A DNA stretch of 64,000 nucleotides from Thermoplasmata archaeon (GCA_035297105.1 DATGZO010000006.1:5415-69414), one strand, 5' to 3'. Shown: positions 8,642-18,731, numbered from the stretch's first letter. Numbers and translations: made by a program. Notes: a model not told the origin generated them from the sequence alone.

Positions 8642-10882
8642 CGGCTCCGTCGGGGGCAGCTTGCCTCCACCATGAGCGGACGCGGGCGCCCAGCGCGCCA
8701 GGTCGGGGAGAAGTTCCTTCCACGCCGGCGGGAGCGCGGCGGCGACCTCGGGCACTTCCAGGCGCAGGGCGAGGGGTTCGGCATCCTCGGGCCGTTTCCG
8801 GGCGTACTCCAGGAGAGCGAGTCGCAGGAGGGCCTCGGCCCGGATCCCGGGGAGCCCCGTCGATTCGGTCTCATCGATGAGCGCGAGCCACCGTTCCCGG
8901 GCCGGTTCGCTCAACTCCTCCATCGCGAACTGCCGGCCTTCGACGAGCCACAGGCGCAGGAGAAGAGGGGACGGGGGGAGCAGGTGGAGCGTCTCCGCGA
9001 TCGTGCGCGAGCGCGCGAGCGATTCTTCGACCCCCTTGGTCATCCCCTCGTCCAAGAGACCGGCGACGATCGCCAGGCGATGACCGAGCTCGACGGGCAG
9101 GAGCTTCTGCCGCTGGAGCGCGGTCAGGCTCTTCTCCCGGATCAGGCGACCTTCCGCCGTGTTGCCACGGGATTCCAACAGCCGGGCCTCCAAGTCCTCG
9201 GCGATGTAGTCGAGCTCCCATCGGCGCGCCTTGCCGAGGACGATCCGGGACGCCTTCAGGAATCGGCCCGCGAGCGCTTGTTCCTCGGGGGTCCCATCGA
9301 TCCGGGAGAGACCGACCGCGACGAGCGCGATCGCCTGCATGTGGCCCTCGGGAAGGGTGCGGGCGAGGAGCGCGGCGCGGTGGGATTCGGCCCGGGCCTT
9401 CTCAAAGTTCCGGCGAAGGCTGTGGAACTCCGCGAGCACGGCCTCGATCAACACCTCGATCTCGACGGCCCGATCGTCGTGGGCCCGCTCCGCGAGCTCG
9501 GACAGGGCCGTGATCAGGGCCGGCCGGGGACCGACCCCGCGGAGGATGAGGACGAGCGGTTCGAACCACTCGGCGATGAGGTCGTGGGGGACGTGGGCTT
9601 GGAGCGCCCCGCTCAGTCCGTCGCGAAGCTCTCCCTCCGCTTCGGTCAGTCGGCCCGCCGAGAAGAGCGAGCGCGCGTGAAGGAGCCGAAGTTCCGCTTC
9701 CACTGCGAGCCGTTCGCCGGCCGGCACCGCGCCGGTGCACCCGAGGGCTTCGGAGAGGAGTTCTTCCGCGCTGTCGAACGCGAGGAGCTGGAGCGAGAAC
9801 TCGGCGGCCTCGAGGAGGTTGCGGAGGGCCATCGGGCCGCGGAACCACGCCAGGTAGTGGCGCGCCACCTCGATCCGTCGAGCGAGGTTCGGCTCCGGCG
9901 AGAGGGCGGCCAACGCGTTGGCGATCTCGAGGTGCATTTCCTTGCGCTGCGCCTCGGGAATCAGGTCCGCGGTCAGCGGGACCCAGGGAAGGTGGGGGAT
10001 CGTGACCTTCCCGTCGGTGACCTTGATGAGTCCGACCCCCGACGCGGGGAGCAGCGCGTCCGCGAGTTGCGTGAAGCTGAGCCGAGTCACCCGGGAGAGC
10101 ACCACCTCCCCGACGCCGCCCCCCAACAGGGCCACGTAGCCGGCGATCCGCTGACTGAGCACGGGGAGGTCGTCGAACACCGCCTTCAGCCGATGCGCCT
10201 CGCGGGGGTCCCTCAGCGGCTCTAAGATCCGCACCCAATCGACGTCCCCCCGTCCCAAGAAGGCCTCTTCCCAGGCGATGTAGCCCGGGTTGGTCGAGTC
10301 GAGCGCCATCACGATCAGGAAGGGTCGATAGCGCGCCCGTCGGGAGAGCGTTACGATGAACTCGCGGCTGTCCGCGTCGAACAGGGCCGCGTCGTCGATG
10401 AAGATCACGAACGGCTGGGGGGTGGGCCCGCGGAACCCATCGAGTAACTCGTGCCAGAATCCCTCCGGGTCTCCTTCGTTCGCAGACCGTCCGCGAACCG
10501 GCTGGCCCAGGAAGGAGGAGCGCGGGCGCTCCCCACGGCTCCGCCGGCTCCGGGGGGTTTGCTCCGGAAGGTACGGGATGGGGGCGAGCGGGGGCGCGGG
10601 GACTCCGAGGGGGGAATCGTTGTCGGTGGCCGACTCCTCGTGCGGGGCATCCGCCGCCTCGGGAGATCGCAACCCGTCGAGGGCCCCGAACGGGATGGAT
10701 CGCGACCGATAGCTTCCCCGCAATTGGACGACCCGGGCGTTCCGGTTGGCGAGCAGGCTCCGGAATTCCTCCATCAGTTCGGATTTTCCACTGAGCGGCG
10801 GCCCGGTGACGACGACAGTGCGGCCCGAATTCTCGGCGAGCCCCTCGAGGGCCCGAAGAAACGGGGATGGGAGGGAAGGCAC
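8594..10882 (-). CDS. STAND/AAA+ NTPase with C-terminal TPR-like helical repeat array
   Basis: N-terminal P-loop (VVVTGPPLSGKSELMEEF) and Walker B (FVIFIDDAALF), followed by ~500 aa of Leu/Ala-rich helical repeats. This resembles the AAA_16/NB-ARC-type ATPase plus TPR architecture. Confidence 0.7.
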   Translation of the reverse strand: MPSLPSPFLRALEGLAENSGRTVVVTGPPLSGKSELMEEFRSLLANRNARVVQLRGSYRSRSIPFGALDGLRSPEAADAPHEESATDNDSPLGVPAPPLAPIPYLPEQTPRSRRSRGERPRSSFLGQPVRGRSANEGDPEGFWHELLDGFRGPTPQPFVIFIDDAALFDADSREFIVTLSRRARYRPFLIVMALDSTNPGYIAWEEAFLGRGDVDWVRILEPLRDPREAHRLKAVFDDLPVLSQRIAGYVALLGGGVGEVVLSRVTRLSFTQLADALLPASGVGLIKVTDGKVTIPHLPWVPLTADLIPEAQRKEMHLEIANALAALSPEPNLARRIEVARHYLAWFRGPMALRNLLEAAEFSLQLLAFDSAEELLSEALGCTGAVPAGERLAVEAELRLLHARSLFSAGRLTEAEGELRDGLSGALQAHVPHDLIAEWFEPLVLILRGVGPRPALITALSELAERAHDDRAVEIEVLIEAVLAEFHSLRRNFEKARAESHRAALLARTLPEGHMQAIALVAVGLSRIDGTPEEQALAGRFLKASRIVLGKARRWELDYIAEDLEARLLESRGNTAEGRLIREKSLTALQRQKLLPVELGHRLAIVAGLLDEGMTKGVEESLARSRTIAETLHLLPPSPLLLRLWLVEGRQFAMEELSEPARERWLALIDETESTGLPGIRAEALLRLALLEYARKRPEDAEPLALRLEVPEVAAALPPAWKELLPDLARWAPASAHGGGKLPPTEPLARRREPERRERARR

Positions 10883-10916
10883 CCGGTACCTCGGCCAATC
10901 AACGGACGTCGGGGTT

Positions 10917-12047
10917 ATGATGTTGCCGCGCGGTTTCGAAATCCGGCGCGAGCGTTATTTGAGCCCTCGTGTTGGCGCCCACGTGTCTCCTTCTGTCTCG
11001 GCCCGGCGTCGTGCCTACCTGAAGAAGCCCGTCCGCGCGGTCGATGTGACGAACGGCAGAGGGATCGGGGATCTCGTGGACCAGTTCCGGTCCAGTTCGA
11101 TCCAGGCCCGGAACCTGGGACGCTGCCTCGAGGTGTGGGAGAACGCCCTCACGGACCGAAAGCGCCCTACGATCCTCCTGGGTCTCTCGGGGCCGCTCAT
11201 CGCGGCGGGGCTGAGGAAGGTCCTGCGCGACCTCGTCGACTGGGGCCTCGTGGACGTCGTGGTCACGACGGGCGCGGTGATGTACCAGGACCTCTACCAA
11301 ACCACGGGCGGCCGTCACTGGATGGGGACGCCGACCGCGGACGACGTCCAGCTCCGGGACCTGTACCTCGACCGCATCTACGACACGTACGTCGACGAGC
11401 TCAAGTTCGAGGACACCGACCGCGCCATCGGCAAGATCACCGAGCAGTTCCCCCGACGACCCGCCTCTTCGCGCGAGTTCCTTCAGTTCCTCGGGGAGCG
11501 GTTCGACGACCCCGACTCGATCCTCGCCACCGCCGCACGGCGGGGTGTGCCGGTCTTCTCTCCCGCCTTGATCGACAGTTCGATCGGCATCGGTCTGACG
11601 CTCTACTACCAGAAGAACCGAAAGCGCGCGGACCGGTTCATCCTGGACGCTGTACGGGACAACTATGAGCTCGTGCAGATCCTGTCCCACTCACCCCGCA
11701 CCGCAGTGATCTACATCGGCGGCGGGACCCCGAAGAACTGGATCAACGACGGGATTGTGATGGCGAACTACGCGTTCGGGCGGGAAGGAGAGGGCCACTT
11801 CTACGCGCTGCAGATCACGACGGACGTCCCCCACTGGGGGGGCCTCTCCGGGAGCACACTCGATGAGGCCCAGTCCTGGGGTAAGATCTCCCGTACGGCT
11901 ACGCGAGCGATGGCGCATGTGGAGGCCTCCATCGGACTCCCACTGCTCGCGGGCGCCCTTTGGGACCGCCGAAAAGTCTGGCAACCGCGGACGCGGCTCA
12001 AGTTCCACTGGACCGGGGACGAGGTCAAGATCACGCGGGGAAAGTAG
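10917..12047 (+). CDS. dys: deoxyhypusine synthase
   Basis: ...GLVDVVVTTGAVMYQDLYQ...IYIGGGTPKNWINDGIVMANYAFGREGEGHFYALQITTDVPHWGGLSGSTLDEAQSWGKI... are typical DHS motifs. The ORF begins at 10746, but Met at 10917 is chosen to avoid overlapping the upstream divergent gene. The N-terminus is uncertain. Confidence 0.85.
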   Translation: MMLPRGFEIRRERYLSPRVGAHVSPSVSARRRAYLKKPVRAVDVTNGRGIGDLVDQFRSSSIQARNLGRCLEVWENALTDRKRPTILLGLSGPLIAAGLRKVLRDLVDWGLVDVVVTTGAVMYQDLYQTTGGRHWMGTPTADDVQLRDLYLDRIYDTYVDELKFEDTDRAIGKITEQFPRRPASSREFLQFLGERFDDPDSILATAARRGVPVFSPALIDSSIGIGLTLYYQKNRKRADRFILDAVRDNYELVQILSHSPRTAVIYIGGGTPKNWINDGIVMANYAFGREGEGHFYALQITTDVPHWGGLSGSTLDEAQSWGKISRTATRAMAHVEASIGLPLLAGALWDRRKVWQPRTRLKFHWTGDEVKITRGK

Positions 12048-12391
12048 GACGAGCTCGGGAAATCCCGAAGCGGAGGGTGCCCCGATGACGTTAAGGCCGT
12101 GTGACCCTGTAGCACGGGAGCCCTGCTCCGGCCCACCCAACAGGGCCCCCCGGGCGGGGGCACTATCTCCGTTTTCAGAATTCTGGAATTAGTGCGCATT
12201 TCTACGTGTTCATGCGCACCGTATAACCGACCTTGGAAAGGGGTCCGGATCTTGTGTGCTTAAATACGCCTAAAATCGAGGGCCCATCGGAGGTGAGACC
12301 GCACAATGTACATCCCCGCTCTGCCGCCGGTTCCTCGCGAACAGCTGTAAGTCCGACTTCCCGGGGCGCACCCTCAGGGGTGCGTCCCGAG

Positions 12392-14884
12392 CTACGGCTG
12401 GGCTGGAGATACTTCATCGACAGGCTTGCCGAGCGCTCCACCGGGGGGACTGCTAGGCTGCAAGGCTGCCGTAAGGCCCGGAAATTCATCTCTCAAATTG
12501 GTGTTCAACCAGTCGAGCCCAAGTTCATCGGCCAAAGCCTTAGCCTGCAGGTAATGCTCTGCGGCCCTAGTTTGATCCTTCTTGTAGCTGTACGCTTCGA
12601 CTAGATACGCGTGGCTGACGGCAAGTGAGTCAGAATGAGGCAACCGTCCCAAGATCTCGACACTCCGTTCACAGTGGACGATCGAATCCTGAACCAGTGT
12701 GGGCTCCCCGCCTTGGTCGGCTACATGGAATTCAGTGGATCCGAGGAGACCCAATGTGTGGCCAAGCACCAAGTCGTTTCCAAGCCGCTCGGCGAGGGTG
12801 ATGGCCTGCTTGGCGTAATTCGCCGCGTCGTCCAGATGGCCGGTTTGAATCGCCAGAGCCGAGAGTCCACTCAGCGCGTACGCAAGCTGATTGACGTAGC
12901 CCAAAGACTCTGCTTCTGACCGGATCTGATGCATCTCCCGGCTGGCCTCCTCCATGCGGCCGGTCACGGTGTAGGCCCGGGATCGCACAAGGAGAAGGTT
13001 GAACACGATGTCGACCCTGCCTTCCGCTCGAGCCTCAGGTAGGGCCGCCGCAATCACCTGGAGCGTTTCCTCATGTCGGCCACTGTACAGTTCCGATAGA
13101 CTCGTCCACGCCGCGATGCTCTCGAGAGCCAGGTCCGTTATCCGAGTCCTTCTTGCGTATTCGAACGCGGACTGGTACTGGCGCTCTGCCTCCCGCTTGT
13201 CCCCAGAGGCCTCGGTCAATCGGGCCTGGGTCAGCGAGAAGAACGCCTGAAGTCGTCGGTTGATGGGGCCGAACTTCTTCGCCTTCTCGAACTCGGCGAT
13301 GGCCTCGGGGACCTGCCGCAGACGGATCAAAAGGTCGACGATCGAGAGCAGGCACTGGCACGTGAGGACCGGGTCGTGGTCCGCCTCTTCCATGGCCCGG
13401 CGAAGGGACGCGATCGCCTCCGCGTAGTTGGAGTGCTGCCGCAGGAGCTTGATTTCCGTGTTCAGGGCACGAACTCGGCTCGGACCGCGGGGTAGCACCG
13501 TGGAAAGATGGCGCAGCGCGCTTCGGAGCGCCTCCGAGTATCCGAGACTGAGGAGGACCTTCTCCTGCTGGGTGAGCAGTTGGAGGGCGGCCTTCCACGA
13601 CTCCCCCTCAACTAGGTGGAGGAACCGAAGCCGGACCGAATCCGCCCGGTGACTCCGGGCAAAGTAGGAGGCCAACCGGATGTGGGAAGCCCTTTCCTGG
13701 CTGGGACGGACCTGGTTCAGGATCGCAGCTCGGACCACCTGGAGGATTTCGAGCTGTCCCTGAAGCGTTCGATGGAGGATCCCCATTCGAGTGAGATCCT
13801 GGACCCGGGCCAAGGTGAGCGCCTCGGTCTCCGTCAGGAAGCTCAGGGGAAGCGGCTCGTTGGCGATGGCCAGTGGCAGGATCGCCTCGAACTCGACCTC
13901 CGGGAGGCGCCGGAGGACACCGCTGGGCAGGGCCGAAGCGGGTCCGGAGACCTCGGGGTTGTGCACGGCGAGGTTCAGGAGTAGGGGCGAACCCAGGGTG
14001 GACTGGAAGACGCTCTCGAACCGGTCGGCGAGTCCACCTGCCCGATCGGTCAGATCGTGGGCGGAAGCCCGGTCCAAGCCCCCGACCGTCAGCCGGTAGG
14101 TAGGCACCTGGTCGAGCTCGAAAATGGGGGCCTCTTGCGAGATGAAGTACAGCCGGTGACCACCCCCCCGGATGAGACCCTGGGCGAACTCCTTCAGGAA
14201 CCGCCCGAGCTCGGACCCTGCTAGTTGGGTATCGTCCACGACAGCCACCAGTTGCCGTTCTCCGAGAGCGCGACTCGCAAGATCGGCGACCTCCTTGGGT
14301 GTCGGCGGGCGGGGGAGCTGCGCATAGTACGCCAGCTGCCGGGCTCCCAGCACCTGAAGTGAGTGGGCGAGCGCGCTCACGAAATGGCGAGGGGTGCTCG
14401 CGGGGCGGATGGCGAACCAGAACGGGATCCGTCCCCGGCGCGTCTCGCGGAGGTGTCGACTGACGAGGGCGGTCTTACCCATCCCGGGGGCCCCGTCGAC
14501 GAAGACGGCCGTCCCCAGCCCCCCGCGCACGAAGTCGGCCAGTTGGCTCAATTCCTCCCGCCGGCCCAGGAAAGGGTGGGGGGGTGCCGGGATCTCGCCC
14601 GACAGGATGGGGACTTCCTTCGTTTCCTTCCGGAGTCGGGTCCGGCCCTCCTCCGTCAGGTTGTAGGTGATCTGCTTTCGGACTCCGTCCCGGACGAGCT
14701 TTCTTCGGGCCGTGAGGAGCCCCTCCCCGATCAGGCTGTCGAGCGGGCGGGACATGGAGCACGGGTGGTAGCCCAGGGCCCGGGCGAGCTCCCGTTGACT
14801 GATGCCGAACACCGAATCGTCGGCGGGGGCGTGCGTCTGCACGTAGTCGAGGATCTCGATGGGAAGGTAAGTCTGCCCCGCCAC
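12392..14884 (-). CDS. wHTH - STAND NTPase (AAA_16/NB-ARC-like) - TPR protein
   Basis: N-terminal winged helix (ISQRELARALGYHPCSMSRPLDSLIGEGLLT), P-loop (VFVDGAPGMGKTALV), Walker B (LVAVVDDTQL), and a C-terminal ~450 aa of TPR-like repeats. Confidence 0.72.
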   Translation of the reverse strand: MAGQTYLPIEILDYVQTHAPADDSVFGISQRELARALGYHPCSMSRPLDSLIGEGLLTARRKLVRDGVRKQITYNLTEEGRTRLRKETKEVPILSGEIPAPPHPFLGRREELSQLADFVRGGLGTAVFVDGAPGMGKTALVSRHLRETRRGRIPFWFAIRPASTPRHFVSALAHSLQVLGARQLAYYAQLPRPPTPKEVADLASRALGERQLVAVVDDTQLAGSELGRFLKEFAQGLIRGGGHRLYFISQEAPIFELDQVPTYRLTVGGLDRASAHDLTDRAGGLADRFESVFQSTLGSPLLLNLAVHNPEVSGPASALPSGVLRRLPEVEFEAILPLAIANEPLPLSFLTETEALTLARVQDLTRMGILHRTLQGQLEILQVVRAAILNQVRPSQERASHIRLASYFARSHRADSVRLRFLHLVEGESWKAALQLLTQQEKVLLSLGYSEALRSALRHLSTVLPRGPSRVRALNTEIKLLRQHSNYAEAIASLRRAMEEADHDPVLTCQCLLSIVDLLIRLRQVPEAIAEFEKAKKFGPINRRLQAFFSLTQARLTEASGDKREAERQYQSAFEYARRTRITDLALESIAAWTSLSELYSGRHEETLQVIAAALPEARAEGRVDIVFNLLLVRSRAYTVTGRMEEASREMHQIRSEAESLGYVNQLAYALSGLSALAIQTGHLDDAANYAKQAITLAERLGNDLVLGHTLGLLGSTEFHVADQGGEPTLVQDSIVHCERSVEILGRLPHSDSLAVSHAYLVEAYSYKKDQTRAAEHYLQAKALADELGLDWLNTNLRDEFPGLTAALQPSSPPGGALGKPVDEVSPAQP

Positions 14885-14978
14885 GAATAACTCCGAGCGT
14901 CTCCCCCCTACTTAGAGTTATTTTGTACAAATCAACTCCCGAGCTTTATATCCCGGATTTGCCCAACCAATCATTGCT

Positions 14979-15338
14979 ATGACGCGCTCGCGGGAAAGCG
15001 GTGCCTACCTCGGAGGCATCGGAACGATGCTCGGGGAGACTCGGGCGTGCGACTCCTGTGGGGGCGTTCACGAAAGCCACCCGTTCGGCTTCCAGCACCG
15101 GGACGGACACGAGTGCCCGGCCCTGGTCGAGAAAGACTTCGCGATCGTCAGCCTGCTGGACGGAGAGACCGACCGTCCGGAAACGCTCTCCGATGAGTTC
15201 AGCATCGCCCTCCCCCGCTCGGACCTCCCGGTCGCCTTCGGGGCCGTGCCGATCCCCTCGCCCCGTGACTCCCGATCGCACCAGCGCACCCTGGAAGTCC
15301 CCTGGCTGGCCCCGCCTACCCTGAGCGAGGTGGTCTGA
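14979..15338 (+). CDS. hypothetical Cys/His-rich protein
   Basis: Strong GC3 bias (~85 percent G/C at third positions). It contains ...CDSCGGVHESHPFGFQHRDGHECP... Its stop overlaps the next ORF start (TGATG). Confidence 0.45.
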   Translation: MTRSRESGAYLGGIGTMLGETRACDSCGGVHESHPFGFQHRDGHECPALVEKDFAIVSLLDGETDRPETLSDEFSIALPRSDLPVAFGAVPIPSPRDSRSHQRTLEVPWLAPPTLSEVV

Positions 15339-15553
15339 TGCTGCGAGGCGGACGCGCCCCTCCCTCGGGCACACTGATGGACACGATCCGGGGTCAGCCC
15401 CTGCGGGCCCGGGAATTCCTGCTCGCGGTCGCTCCCCTCCCTCGCGGGGAAGCGTTCCGCATCGGGGGATGGCCTCGCTGGCTCGTTCCCTCGGAGATCT
15501 ACCTCTCTCCCAACATCTCCACCAAGGGGTCGCACCGACGCGAACGTCACTGA
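15338..15553 (+). CDS. hypothetical small protein, translationally coupled to the preceding ORF
   Basis: ATG overlaps the upstream stop by one base (TGATG). GC3 is high. No recognisable family. Confidence 0.3.
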   Translation: MLRGGRAPPSGTLMDTIRGQPLRAREFLLAVAPLPRGEAFRIGGWPRWLVPSEIYLSPNISTKGSHRRERH

Positions 15554-15699
15554 ATCACGATGTTTAGGCTCCGGCGGGATACCCGGTCCCGCCGGAGCCG
15601 GTATTTTTCCCCTCCTCCGAAAAACGAGGACCGGGAGGCGGTTCCTCCGCGCCACAAACGAAAGATACATCCCGCGAGTGGACCATCCGGTACTGGTTC

Positions 15700-15927
15700 A
15701 TGCCTGAAACGAAGTGTGCCGTCTGCGGCGGGCCCCTCGACCACGGGTACTTGACCACCACGAACGGCTCGGGACTCTTCTGGTCCCACGACAAGACCGA
15801 CCTGCGCTTTCGGCCCACCGGACTGGAGGTCCTGGTCCCGACGGGGTTCGGCGGGACCTACTCGGCCAACCTGTCGGGCCTTCGCTGTGCCCACTGCAAG
15901 ACGATCCTCGTCAGCCTCCCCAAGTAG
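15700..15927 (+). CDS. small zinc-ribbon protein (CxxC...CxxC)
   Basis: MPETKCAVCGGPLDHGY...LRCAHCKTILVSLPK has two CxxC pairs ~55 aa apart, in the intergenic gap before pmbA. Confidence 0.5.
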   Translation: MPETKCAVCGGPLDHGYLTTTNGSGLFWSHDKTDLRFRPTGLEVLVPTGFGGTYSANLSGLRCAHCKTILVSLPK

Positions 15928-15933
15928 GGCGTT

Positions 15934-17340
15934 CTAGGCCCCCGCGACGGTCAGCGGCTTCACCAGGATCGTCGGGCCGCTGAAATTCTCGGCCAGGGCG
16001 GCCGTCGAGCCCAGAAGGGCCAGGTTCGTGAGCATCGTCGGGGTTCCCGCCGGCCCCAGAACGACCCCCCCGACGGTTCCGCCTCGGACCGGCTCGGCGA
16101 GCTTCCCGTGCCGGATCCGGTAGCCGATCCGGATCTCCCCCCCGAAGGCACCGGACAGCACGTCCGGGCTCGCCCAGCCGAGCTGTTGGACCCAGATCCC
16201 GTCCCCGGCCGCCTCCACGACCTCGGCGTCCGACCCACCCTCGCCGGGTTCCAGCACGATCGTGGTGGGCCCGATGCCCGGTTCGTGCGCGAACCGCAAC
16301 CAGTCCCGGCGGCCGAACGAGAGGCCACGCTGCCCGTTTCCGGTCGGCGGCACGCCGAACGCCCCCGAGTGGCGGACATCGTAGAGCAGGTCGGCCGCCG
16401 CCCCCGCCCGAACCAGCGGCCGCGTACCGGTCGGGTTCCCCTCGTCGTCCCATGGTGTGGAGTTCGGACCCCACGGGAATCGCCCATCGTCCTGGATCGT
16501 GACCGCGGGGGCCGCGATCGTGCTGCCGGGGGTCGGGGCGATGTCGCGAAGGCGGGAAGCTCCGGAGAAACGGAACCCGACGACCCCGGGGAGGATGGTG
16601 GACGTGGCGACCGCCGGCAGGACGACCGGGAGCTCCCCGCTGGGCGGGGCTTTCGCCCGACGCGCGTCGCGGGCGTACTGGGCCCACATCGGCACTTGAT
16701 CCCCCGCGCGGGCGGGGTCGGCCTTCCGCTCGACCCCATTGACCCAGTACTCTCCCGGGGGCGCGCCCTCGGGGCCCCCGAAGGCCTTGACGGCGACCTC
16801 GAGGTCCATCGAGGTCTCCGCGTACTGGGACCGGAAACCGGCCGAGTTCGCGATCGAGATCTCGGAGAGGGTCGCCCGCACGGACCCGAAGCTGGGGAGG
16901 GCGTCCGTGAGGGGCTCGAACGGGGCGAGCAGCGCGGCCACGTACTCCTCCAGGCGCGGGAGGGGCGAGTCCCACAGTTTCGAATCGAGGATCTCAAGTC
17001 CAGGAGACGTAGCCGCGGAGCTCGGGAGCTCGATCCGCTTCGTGGGAAAGGTCGAGTGACCCGCGACGGCCTCGGCCCCCGCGAGGGCCAGAATGATCCC
17101 CGCCTCAGATGAATCGGTGGAGGCCTGGAACCCGGTACCGGTCTTGTCTTCGTGCAGGCGGAAGACCCGGAGGCCATACCCCTCGACCAGGAGCGGACCG
17201 CGGAGGAACTCGACCACCGCTCCGTTGAAGTGTACCTCGTAGCGCCTCGAGCGCTGGCCGAAGACCTCCCACGGGGCGGGCGTATGCAGCCGGTCCGCCA
17301 CCCGGTAGGCGACCGGGTTGGGGGAGAGCGGCGGCGTCAT
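15934..17340 (-). CDS. pmbA: TldD/PmbA-family metalloprotease, PmbA/TldE-like subunit
   Basis: TldD/PmbA fold with the G-rich C-terminal region (...GGTVGGVVLGPAGTPTMLTNLALLGS...). Met at 17340 overlaps the tldD stop (ATGA). Confidence 0.78.
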   Translation of the reverse strand: MTPPLSPNPVAYRVADRLHTPAPWEVFGQRSRRYEVHFNGAVVEFLRGPLLVEGYGLRVFRLHEDKTGTGFQASTDSSEAGIILALAGAEAVAGHSTFPTKRIELPSSAATSPGLEILDSKLWDSPLPRLEEYVAALLAPFEPLTDALPSFGSVRATLSEISIANSAGFRSQYAETSMDLEVAVKAFGGPEGAPPGEYWVNGVERKADPARAGDQVPMWAQYARDARRAKAPPSGELPVVLPAVATSTILPGVVGFRFSGASRLRDIAPTPGSTIAAPAVTIQDDGRFPWGPNSTPWDDEGNPTGTRPLVRAGAAADLLYDVRHSGAFGVPPTGNGQRGLSFGRRDWLRFAHEPGIGPTTIVLEPGEGGSDAEVVEAAGDGIWVQQLGWASPDVLSGAFGGEIRIGYRIRHGKLAEPVRGGTVGGVVLGPAGTPTMLTNLALLGSTAALAENFSGPTILVKPLTVAGA

Positions 17341-18731
17341 GCCGGCCCCACGACGGCGGTGGAGAGCAGGTAGGCCCCTCCGGTGCCCGCGGGAAGGGTA
17401 TCCGAATGCCCCTTTCCGCATGTGCCCGGATCGATCATGAAGTCCTTGGCGCTGCTGACCCCGCGGATGGCCTCAAGGAAGTCGAGAACGCGACCCGAGA
17501 GGGCCATGGAGCTGACGAGTCCCTTTTGCTCCCCGTTCTGGATCACGTGGCCCTTCTTCACCTTCAGCTGCATCTGCCCGCCCTGCGGGTCCTCGATGCC
17601 CGAGGTAGCACGTTCGAGGAGGATCCCGTTCTTGGCCTCCTTGACCAGCTCCTCGTACTTCCAGTCCCCCGGCTCGACGTACGTGTTCGTCATCCGAACG
17701 AACGGTCGGCTGACGAAGTCCGCGCGGCGCGTGTTGCCGGTGGGCCGGGCGTTTAGGACCGTCGCGGTTTCCCGGTCGTGCAGAGCACCGACGAACCGTC
17801 CCCGGTCGACCAGGACCGTCCGCTGGCCCGGGTTGCCCTCGTCGTCGAAGTAGATCGTCCCCCATCCGCCGGGGTAGGCGCCGTTGTCCACGATCGTGAG
17901 GAAGTCGGGACCGACGGTCTGTCCCAAGAGCGGTTTCAAGTACGAACGGTCGCGGACGAACTGGTCGGCCTCGGTCCCGTGGCCGAACGACTCGTGCGCA
18001 AAGATCCCGGCAACCCCGGGGTCGAGCAGGACGGTCATCGTGCCCGTCGGAGGCGCGCCGGCGGTGAGGAGCTCTCGGGCCGACTCCGCGACCTCCTTGA
18101 CCTTGGCTTCGGTCAGGTAGTCGAGCTGCTCCCGGCCGCCGAGTCCACCCTCCCCCAGAAAATCGAACTCGACCTTGCCGGACTCGATCGCGAGGGGGAC
18201 CACGCTCGACCGTGCCCGGGTGACCCGCTGGTAGCACCGCGCCCCCGCCGTGTTGAGGTAGAGGCGCTCATCGTCCTGCCACCCCATGTTCACGATCGTA
18301 TCCTTGATGGTGGGGACCTCGCTCGCCCACCCGAGGATGTCCCGCGCGAGATGGATCATCCCCTCCATGCCCAGGTCGGAGAGGGGATGAGGCGGATCTG
18401 TCATCCGCTCCGCCACGGTGGTCGAGGAGGGCCCCGGCGGGGGGGTTCGGGCCGGACTCGCCTTCACCGCCCGTTCCACCGACTCCGCCGCCGCGTCGAG
18501 ACCGGCGGCCGTCAGATCGGTGGTGGCTGCCTCGACCCACCTCGTCCCGGCCCACGCGCGCACCGCGGCGCCCCGGAAGAACGGTTGCGAGGACGGGCTG
18601 GTCGACCGGCGGTCGAGCCGCAGGCTCTGGCCCCGCGCACTCTCGGCCATGATGTCCGCGAACGACGCCGCGCGCTCGAGTCGGTGGAGGATGCGGGCGA
18701 GGTCGTTCTCGGAGGCGCGGAGGTCCGGCAT
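17337..18731 (-). CDS. tldD: TldD-family metalloprotease
   Basis: ...HESFGHGTEADQF... (HExxxH-like TldD motif) and the conserved C-terminus ...GTCGKGHSDTLPAGTGGAYLL.... Confidence 0.85.
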   Translation of the reverse strand: MPDLRASENDLARILHRLERAASFADIMAESARGQSLRLDRRSTSPSSQPFFRGAAVRAWAGTRWVEAATTDLTAAGLDAAAESVERAVKASPARTPPPGPSSTTVAERMTDPPHPLSDLGMEGMIHLARDILGWASEVPTIKDTIVNMGWQDDERLYLNTAGARCYQRVTRARSSVVPLAIESGKVEFDFLGEGGLGGREQLDYLTEAKVKEVAESARELLTAGAPPTGTMTVLLDPGVAGIFAHESFGHGTEADQFVRDRSYLKPLLGQTVGPDFLTIVDNGAYPGGWGTIYFDDEGNPGQRTVLVDRGRFVGALHDRETATVLNARPTGNTRRADFVSRPFVRMTNTYVEPGDWKYEELVKEAKNGILLERATSGIEDPQGGQMQLKVKKGHVIQNGEQKGLVSSMALSGRVLDFLEAIRGVSSAKDFMIDPGTCGKGHSDTLPAGTGGAYLLSTAVVGPA

